From an uncultured Candidatus Saccharibacteria bacterium (GTDB lineage Bacteria > Patescibacteriota > Minisyncoccia > Phycocordibacterales > JACOZG01): DNA of 64,000 nucleotides. The stretch spans positions 20,418 to 84,417 of the forward strand of contig CAYNPK010000002.1 in NCBI GenBank assembly GCA_964399075.1, given 5' to 3'. The notes under the pieces are model-generated. The model searched no databases and had not been told where the DNA came from. It saw only the letters and a list, made by a program, of their open reading frames with translations. This document shows, one piece after another, positions 57,109 to 64,000 of this stretch. A program made the position numbers and the translations under genes. The stretch's first letter is position 1. Each line of letters opens with the position of its first letter.

Positions 57109-57185
57109 TCCTGGGTGGACTAGAGGAGGATTCACCAAACACCGTCGGCTTTACTGTTGGCGGTGTTTTCTTTATAATAGCGAGA

Positions 57186-59141
57186 ATGCCTATTACTAAA
57201 TCAAACAAGAATAAACACAATAATAACCGCAAGCGTCAGCAAATTATTAATCAATTTGGCGGTCGGATATTATCTACTATTTTGATTTTATTGATCATTG
57301 TTAGTTTGTATTCGCTCTTCACTTCTGACGACAAGTCTAAGACAGAAGAGATTCCATTGTCAGAAGTTTCTAGTTTAATTACTTCGGGGGAAATCGAGCG
57401 CATTGAGGTCCGTGGTGATAATCTGGAGTTGACTTTAATTGACGGTGAAAAACGTTTTTCTAAAAAAGAAGTTGAATCTTCACTTTCTCAATCTCTCGCT
57501 AACTACGGTGTCAGTCCGGAAGTTCTGGCGCTGATTGTGATTGATATCAAAAGTCCGACTGGTGTTAGTTTCTGGTTATTAAATTTGTTGCCTTTCCTAT
57601 TGCCGGTGGCTTTTATTTTATTTTTGTTTTGGCTAATTTCCAAACAAGTCAAAGGGGCGACCATGCAGGCTTTCACCTTCGGTCAATCAAAGGCTAAAAT
57701 TATTGACCCCAATGACACTAATCAGAAAATTACTTTCAAAGATGTTGCTGGAGTGAAAGAGGCTAAAGAAGAATTATTAGAAATTGTGGATTTTCTTAAA
57801 AGTCCCAAGAAGTTTCTTGATATCGGCGCGCGTATTCCTAAGGGAGTGATTCTGATGGGCGCTCCTGGTACAGGGAAAACTTTATTGGCTAGAGCCGTGG
57901 CAGGTGAGGCGCATGTGCCCTTTATGTATCTCTCTGGTTCGGATTTCGTGGAGATGTTCGTCGGAGTTGGCGCTAGTCGAGTGCGTGATCTCTTCCGCCT
58001 GGCTAAGAAGTTAGCGCCGTCGATTATTTTTATTGACGAGATTGACGCTATTGGTCGTCATCGTGGTTCCGGTCTTGGTGGCGGTAATGACGAACGCGAG
58101 CAGACTCTCAATCAGATTTTAGTCGAAATGGATGGTTTTGAGCCGAACGAAAAATTGATTGTGATGGCGGCGACTAATAGACCTGATGTTCTTGATCCGG
58201 CGCTTTTGCGTCCAGGCCGTTTCGATAGGCGAGTGATCTTGGAGAATCCTGATGTTAAAGATCGAGAAGAAATTTTGCAAATCTACGCCAGACAGAAGCC
58301 TCTTGGTGAGGATATTGATCTGAAGGTTATTGCCCAACGCACTCCTGGTTTCTCCGGCGCGGATTTGGCCAACTTGATGAACGAGGGGGCAATTCTAGCG
58401 GCGCGAGAAAATCGTAAAACTATCACTCAATATGATTTGATTCGTTCAGTCGAGAAGGTGATGCTTGGTCCAGAGCGCAAGAGTCATATTTTGTCAGAAA
58501 AAGAAAAGCGCATTACTGCCTATCACGAGATCGGGCATGCTCTCTTGGCTAGTGTGCTGGAGTACGCTGATCCGGTGCACAAAGTTTCTATTATTTCTCG
58601 CGGTCACGCTGTCGGTTATACTCTTAAATTGCCGGACGAGGAGCGCAAATTACAAGCCAAGCGCGAATTTCTTGATGATATTGTGGTGTCGCTTGGTGGC
58701 TATGCGGCCGAGAAAATGATTTTCAATGATATTACCACCGGCGCTTCTAATGACATTGCTGTCTCGACTGCTCTGGCGCGAGATATGGTTACAAAATATG
58801 GCATGAGTGAGAAGCTCGGCCCCATCGCTTTTGAAGGCGGTTCGGCGAAATTATATTTTGGCCAAAGTCTTGGCCAAGAGCGCTACTCTTCTGAGGCAAT
58901 CGCGGCAATGATCGATGAGGAAGTCTCGCAAATAATGGGTGGGGCTCTGAAGCGGGCTGAAGCGCTACTTTCCGAACATCGTCCAGCGCTTGATGATCTA
59001 TCTCTAGAATTAATTAAACGAGAAACCATTGATCGCGATGAATTTGAGCAACTTCTAATTGTTAACGGCATTAAACCCAAAACTCCAGAGCGAATTAGTG
59101 TTGAAGCAATTACTTCGACGTTACCTAAAATAGAGAATTAA
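57186..59141 (+). CDS. ftsH: ATP-dependent zinc metalloprotease FtsH
   Basis: [25 protein letters not shown]. Confidence 0.98.
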   Translation: MPITKSNKNKHNNNRKRQQIINQFGGRILSTILILLIIVSLYSLFTSDDKSKTEEIPLSEVSSLITSGEIERIEVRGDNLELTLIDGEKRFSKKEVESSLSQSLANYGVSPEVLALIVIDIKSPTGVSFWLLNLLPFLLPVAFILFLFWLISKQVKGATMQAFTFGQSKAKIIDPNDTNQKITFKDVAGVKEAKEELLEIVDFLKSPKKFLDIGARIPKGVILMGAPGTGKTLLARAVAGEAHVPFMYLSGSDFVEMFVGVGASRVRDLFRLAKKLAPSIIFIDEIDAIGRHRGSGLGGGNDEREQTLNQILVEMDGFEPNEKLIVMAATNRPDVLDPALLRPGRFDRRVILENPDVKDREEILQIYARQKPLGEDIDLKVIAQRTPGFSGADLANLMNEGAILAARENRKTITQYDLIRSVEKVMLGPERKSHILSEKEKRITAYHEIGHALLASVLEYADPVHKVSIISRGHAVGYTLKLPDEERKLQAKREFLDDIVVSLGGYAAEKMIFNDITTGASNDIAVSTALARDMVTKYGMSEKLGPIAFEGGSAKLYFGQSLGQERYSSEAIAAMIDEEVSQIMGGALKRAEALLSEHRPALDDLSLELIKRETIDRDEFEQLLIVNGIKPKTPERISVEAITSTLPKIEN

Positions 59142-59159
59142 AAAATATAAATTTCTCAA

Positions 59160-59233
59160 TGCGCGTGCTTGGATTCGAACCAAGGGCCGCCGAGGTATAA
59201 GCTCGGTGCTCTAACCAGCTGAGCTACACGCGC
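59160..59233 (-). tRNA. tRNA-Ile (anticodon UAU)
   Basis: Cloverleaf GCGCGTG...CACGCGC-A; anticodon arm CCGAG-CT TAT AC-CTCGG; T-loop TTCGAAT. Confidence 0.92.
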
Positions 59234-59310
59234 GCTGTATCTCAACTATAGCTCAATCGGTGGGGGAATTCCACTGGTCAGTTGTTTACTGGTTTGTTAC
59301 ACTTAGACTT

Positions 59311-59784
59311 ATGGATAGAACAAAAAAAGTTTGGTTTTGGTTGCGAGTCTTGATGGGCTGGTTATTCCTCTGGGGCTTTCTTGATAAATTATTTGGTTTA
59401 GGCTTCGCCACTTGTCGTGATCGGGCGACGGGCGTAGTTAATTACCTGTGTGATAATGCTTGGCTTAATGGTGGTTCGCCAACCTCTGGCTTTTTGACCA
59501 ATTCTACTAAAGGCCCTTTTGTTGATTTTTTCCAAAACTTAGCTGGTAATCCTATTACTGATTGGTTGTTTATGATTGGTTTAGCAGCCGTTGGTCTCTC
59601 ACTAATCTTTGGCGTGTTGGTTAAACTTGGCGGTTATGCCGGAGCGCTGATGATGATCCTGATGTACTTGGCAGGTTCTATCTGGCCGGCCAACAATCCT
59701 TTTCTTGATCAACATTTGATCTACGCCCTGCTTCTAGTTGGCTTTGCCCAAAAGTATCCCGGCTGGCTAAGGTGGCGGAATTGA
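59311..59784 (+). CDS. DoxX-family membrane protein
   Basis: LRVLMGWLFLWGFLDK, NNPFLDQH. Confidence 0.85.
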   Translation: MDRTKKVWFWLRVLMGWLFLWGFLDKLFGLGFATCRDRATGVVNYLCDNAWLNGGSPTSGFLTNSTKGPFVDFFQNLAGNPITDWLFMIGLAAVGLSLIFGVLVKLGGYAGALMMILMYLAGSIWPANNPFLDQHLIYALLLVGFAQKYPGWLRWRN

Positions 59785-59788
59785 TTAT

Positions 59789-61939
59789 TTACTCAAAGTG
59801 AATATCTTTTTTTGAGCGACTTAGTTTGTCGTGGAGGAGGGGATGAGATTGTAATTCCGGATCAGCTTTAATAATTGCTTGGGCCTCCAGTCTAGCTGCT
59901 TCCACCATTTTAATATTTTTTATTGCCTCCATGCCAATGTCAGAGATTCCCCACTGCGCTTGACCGGAGAGAGTTCCGGCGCCTCGCAGATTAAGATCTA
60001 GCTCGGCTAGTTCGAAGCCATTCTTTGCAGTTTTCAGAGCCTTGAGTCTGTCGCGAGTCTTGGCTCCTCGACTGCCACTGAAGAGGTAGCAGTACGCTTG
60101 ATGATTAGAACGCAAAACTCTTCCACGGAGTTGATGTAGTTGAGCCAAGCCAAACCGTTCGGCGCCTTCGATAATAATAATAGTAGCGTTAGGTACGTTG
60201 ACGCCGACTTCCACTACCGAGGTGGCAACCAAAATATTTATTTCCCCACTGCTGAAGTCGGCCATCACTTGTTCTTTGGTTGCCGGTTTTAATTTGCTGT
60301 GGACTAGGCCAACGTTAAATTCAGGAAAGACTTTTTCTTGCAATCTCTTCTGTTCAGTCTTGGCCGACTTGGCCTGGAGAGCTAGCTCTTTCGTCGGGTC
60401 GGGCTCCTCGATCCGCGGACAAATCACATAGGCTTGCCGGCCGGCGAGTAGCTCTTGGCGGATTTTCTCGTAAGCCGCTTCGCGGTTGGCCTCGTCAATT
60501 ATTTGCGTAATTATTTGTCGCCGGCCGGCCGGCATCTCATCAAGCAAGGTGAGATCGAGATCGCCGTACAGAGTCAGAGCCAGAGTTCTGGGGATAGGCG
60601 TGGCCGTCATGCTCAAGAGGTGGGGGGCGCGCTCGGTTTTTCGTGCCAAAGTAGCTCGTTGTTGGACGCCGAAGCGGTGTTGTTCGTCGATAATGATGTA
60701 AGCTAAATTTTTGAAGATCACGGTTTTTTGAATGAGGGCGTGAGTACCGATCAGAATGGGAATTTCGCCATTGGCTACCCACTTGAGAAGTTGCGAACGA
60801 GAAATTTTGGTGTGATTGTCTCGATCTAATTTAGAAGGAAACTTACGACATTCTTTGCCAGTGATTAGTCCGATTTGAATTGTTGGCAGATATTTGAAGT
60901 AGTTAATAAAAGATTCAAAGTGTTGGCGGGCTAGAATCTCGGTTGGCGCCATGTAGGCCACTTCCAGTCCAGCTTGGACCGTGGCCAGAGCCGTAACGGC
61001 GGCGACAGCAGTTTTGCCGGAGCCGACGTCGCCTTCCAATAATCTGGTCATTGGTTTGCCGGTGCCAAAATCCTTCAGAATTTGCTTAATTGCCGTATCT
61101 TGAGCGTTTGTTAATTTGAAAGGGAAGCGATTGATGAAGGTCTCTACTTCTTGAGTTGAGTTGGCGATCTTGAATGAATTAAGTTGTTCGTACTTAGCTT
61201 TAGTTTGTAATCGCGCCAATTGAATGAGGAAAATTTCTTGGAAGGCGAAGCGCTTACGAGCGGCGAGAGCGTCTTCTGGACTCTTGGGCGCGTGGATCCA
61301 AATCAAGGCCGTGGCCAGAGACGGTAGGTGATATTTCTTGAGAATTTCTGGAGGGATCGGATCAAGGAGATTTTTTTCTAAATCTGGTTTGAGAAGCTTT
61401 TGGATATTGTGTTGGAACCAGCTCGAAGATAGCCCCCTAGTCTCTGGATAAATTGGCAGAAGAGTGTCGAGTTCTCCACTGCTGTTATCAGGGTCGCTAG
61501 TATTAAATAGAGGACCACTAGCGCTAATAGTATTTTCCGCTCGGTCTATTTCCGGATTGGCCAGATACAGAGTGCCTTGTCGCACGGCCACCTTGCCGGA
61601 CAGACAAGCTGACATACCTTTAGGCACTTTCTTGGCCAAGAAGGCTTGGTGGAACCAAATCGCCTTCAAGCGTCCAGTGTGATCTTCGATGGTTATTTCA
61701 CCTAAGGGAATTTTCTTTTTCCAAGCTTTGCTGATTTTACTGGCGATCACTTGGCCGTAGATTTTTACTTGATCACCGGCTTGTAACTCGGCGATAGTTT
61801 TGGTCGCTAATTGTTGTCCGTGACGGGTGGGGAAATAAAAAATTAAATCAGCGACTGTTTCTAGCCCCAATCTTTCCAGCGCTCGTTTCTGGATTAAGTT
61901 GGGACGGAGATACTTGGTGATAGGGTCGGCAGGGTTCAT
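59789..61939 (-). CDS. recG: ATP-dependent DNA helicase RecG
   Basis: GDVGSGKT, DEQHRFGV, TATPIPRTL, QLRGRV. Confidence 0.97.
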   Translation of the reverse strand: MNPADPITKYLRPNLIQKRALERLGLETVADLIFYFPTRHGQQLATKTIAELQAGDQVKIYGQVIASKISKAWKKKIPLGEITIEDHTGRLKAIWFHQAFLAKKVPKGMSACLSGKVAVRQGTLYLANPEIDRAENTISASGPLFNTSDPDNSSGELDTLLPIYPETRGLSSSWFQHNIQKLLKPDLEKNLLDPIPPEILKKYHLPSLATALIWIHAPKSPEDALAARKRFAFQEIFLIQLARLQTKAKYEQLNSFKIANSTQEVETFINRFPFKLTNAQDTAIKQILKDFGTGKPMTRLLEGDVGSGKTAVAAVTALATVQAGLEVAYMAPTEILARQHFESFINYFKYLPTIQIGLITGKECRKFPSKLDRDNHTKISRSQLLKWVANGEIPILIGTHALIQKTVIFKNLAYIIIDEQHRFGVQQRATLARKTERAPHLLSMTATPIPRTLALTLYGDLDLTLLDEMPAGRRQIITQIIDEANREAAYEKIRQELLAGRQAYVICPRIEEPDPTKELALQAKSAKTEQKRLQEKVFPEFNVGLVHSKLKPATKEQVMADFSSGEINILVATSVVEVGVNVPNATIIIIEGAERFGLAQLHQLRGRVLRSNHQAYCYLFSGSRGAKTRDRLKALKTAKNGFELAELDLNLRGAGTLSGQAQWGISDIGMEAIKNIKMVEAARLEAQAIIKADPELQSHPLLHDKLSRSKKDIHFE

Positions 61940-61944
61940 GCCGT

Positions 61945-62655
61945 TTATTGATGTTGCGAGAGTTCGTGTTCGGCGGCCAGAATTTTGGTTTCCGTTGTCA
62001 CGGCATCTTTAACAATCTGTCGTTTGGCGGCGATGTCCATCAGGGAGAACACCAGCATGCTGGCCAACACTACGCCAACGGCGTTGATGATGAAGAGCAT
62101 TAGAGCGCCGGAGGCGATAGTCCAACTGAAGCTAGCTAAACCAATCCCCACCACAGCAAGTGGTGGCACTAAAGCAACAGAGATAGCAATGCCGGAGAAA
62201 CTAGCGCTCAAGTTTGGTTTAAGGGCGGCGAAGGAGGCGGCGAGTCCGGAGATGATGGCGATCACTGCATAAGTTAGAGAGGGTTCGATCCGGCCGAGAA
62301 TTTCTGGATTAAGATGTAAATTTTCTGGCAGATAAAATAAAGTTAATACTGTTGAGCCGATAATTCCAATGATGATCGTTTTCAGAATCGTGTTCCCGGC
62401 TTGCTTCATTAAGGAGTAATTATCGCTGGTAATCCCTAGGGCTAAACTCAAGAAGGGATACAAGACTGGCGCGATTAACATACTGCCGATAATCACCGCG
62501 CTACTGGAAATAAGGAGGCCGAGGGTGGCCATTAGTAAGGCTAATACTGTCATCAGGAAGAAGTCTAAACGCGGACTGCCTTGGCTGATCAATTTCTCAA
62601 TCGCTTGATTCTTATCCGTTTCTGATAAATTATGAAAAATGGCGTATAGCATCAT
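61945..62655 (-). CDS. DUF389-like membrane protein
   Basis: IIGSMLIAP, GIAISVALVPPL. Confidence 0.85.
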   Translation of the reverse strand: MMLYAIFHNLSETDKNQAIEKLISQGSPRLDFFLMTVLALLMATLGLLISSSAVIIGSMLIAPVLYPFLSLALGITSDNYSLMKQAGNTILKTIIIGIIGSTVLTLFYLPENLHLNPEILGRIEPSLTYAVIAIISGLAASFAALKPNLSASFSGIAISVALVPPLAVVGIGLASFSWTIASGALMLFIINAVGVVLASMLVFSLMDIAAKRQIVKDAVTTETKILAAEHELSQHQ

Positions 62656-62680
62656 TATATTATAGCGGTATACTTAAAAG

Positions 62681-63811
62681 ATGGAACCCCTAGCGGCGCG
62701 AATTAGGCCCAAAAATCTGCAGGAGTTTATTGGCCAGAGCCATTTAGTTGGCCCTGGCAAGCCTCTGCGGGTGGCGATAGAGACTAAACATCTCTTCTCT
62801 TTCGTCTTGTGGGGACCGCCCGGGGTGGGGAAGACGACCTTGGCTAGAATCTACGCGCGATCTCTGGATGTTGATCTATTTGAGCTTTCTGCTGTCTCGG
62901 CCGGCAAGGACGATATTAGGCGGATTGTGGAATCCGGAGCTTTGCTTAAACCCAAGATGCTCTTCTTGGACGAGATTCATCGCTTCAATAAAAGTCAGCA
63001 AGACTTCCTCTTGCCTTATGTGGAGTCCGGCGTTCTCACTCTAATCGGCGCCACGACGGAGAATCCCAGTTTCGAAGTGATTGCACCTCTGCTTTCTCGC
63101 TGTCGCGTTTTTGTTCTCAACGAACTATCTGAAGAAGAAATGGTCAAAATAATTTCTAGGACGAAAATTAAACTAGACAAGAAATCTCGCGACTGGCTGA
63201 TTGCCATGGCTCAAGGTGACGCGCGCCAGGCGCTCTCGATGCTCCAGGCGACTCAAGAACTTTACGGAAAAGTTAATCTGGAAAATTTGCGAGAGACTCT
63301 CCAGTCTAAGACTTTGCGTTACGACAAGAAGGGCGATGAGCATTACAATACTATCTCGGCTTTTATTAAAAGTTTGCGCGCTGGTCAGCCGGATGCCGCC
63401 ATCTATTATCTCGCGCGAATGATTAAGGCTGGTGAGGATCCCAAATTTATCGCTCGACGGATGGTCATTTTCGCCAGTGAAGATATTGGCCTGGCGCAAC
63501 CGACGGCTCTAGTGGTGGCCAACGCCGTCTTCCGCGCCGTGGAGACTATTGGTTTGCCGGAGGCGGGGATTAATTTGGCTCATGGCGTTGCCTACTTGGC
63601 GGGGTGCAAGAAAGATCGGCGAGCTTATGAGGCTTTGCAGTTAGCTCTTGCTGATGTGGAGAAGTTTGGTAATCTGCCAGTACCGCTTAAGATTAGGAAT
63701 CCGGTGACTAAATTGATGAAAGAATTAAATTATGGTAAAGGTTATGAGCAGTATACTAGAGAGGATCTCCTGCCTGATAAATTGAAGAAAAAGAAGTATC
63801 TCAAGAATTGA
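62681..63811 (+). CDS. rarA: Replication-associated recombination protein A
   Basis: [31 protein letters not shown]. Confidence 0.96.
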   Translation: MEPLAARIRPKNLQEFIGQSHLVGPGKPLRVAIETKHLFSFVLWGPPGVGKTTLARIYARSLDVDLFELSAVSAGKDDIRRIVESGALLKPKMLFLDEIHRFNKSQQDFLLPYVESGVLTLIGATTENPSFEVIAPLLSRCRVFVLNELSEEEMVKIISRTKIKLDKKSRDWLIAMAQGDARQALSMLQATQELYGKVNLENLRETLQSKTLRYDKKGDEHYNTISAFIKSLRAGQPDAAIYYLARMIKAGEDPKFIARRMVIFASEDIGLAQPTALVVANAVFRAVETIGLPEAGINLAHGVAYLAGCKKDRRAYEALQLALADVEKFGNLPVPLKIRNPVTKLMKELNYGKGYEQYTREDLLPDKLKKKKYLKN

Positions 63812-63857
63812 GAGAATTGATGGCAAGATAAGAGGAAATGTGTTAATTTGTAGCAAT

Positions 63858-63947
63858 GGAGAGTTGGCTGAGTGGTCGAAAGCGCCTCACTGCTAACGAG
63901 GTAGGGTGTTAAAACCCTCGTGGGTTCGAATCCCACACTCTCCGCCA
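63858..63947 (+). tRNA. tRNA-Ser (GCU)
   Basis: GGAGAGT...ACTCTCC-GCCA; anticodon loop CT GCT AA; long variable arm. Confidence 0.93.
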
Positions 63948-64000
63948 ATTTACAATTTCAGAGTTTTCGGAAGATTTACGCACCTGCGGTGCGGTCGCCT

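Overview
Bacterial chromosome segment, most consistent with Patescibacteria (CPR, Parcubacteria-like): no rpmD/L30 between rpsE and rplO, many leaderless TATAAT-ATG genes, and a tRNA-Ile(UAU). About 26-64 kb is core: str/S10/spc ribosomal cluster, secY-adk-map, VirD4/TrwB-like ATPase, ndk, probable 6S RNA, infC-rpmI-rplT, smpB-tmRNA with a small 3' islet (Ltp-like protein, DUF3800-like protein plus ncRNA), htrA, ftsH, recG, rarA and two tRNAs. About 1.3-24.5 kb is an accessory mosaic. Its main feature is an array of RiPP-like cassettes: four different radical SAM/SPASM enzymes, each beside its own 26-52 aa precursor peptide absent from the ORF track (strong Shine-Dalgarno, own terminator, chemically distinct core). 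There is also an orphan six-Cys peptide and one possibly frameshifted peptide. Each of the five clear RiPP units has an HExxH metalloprotein gene at its 3' side. The cassettes are separated by repeated remnants of one anchor gene and its promoter, which suggests serial, integrase-free accretion. All product calls come from motif reading only; no database searches were run.
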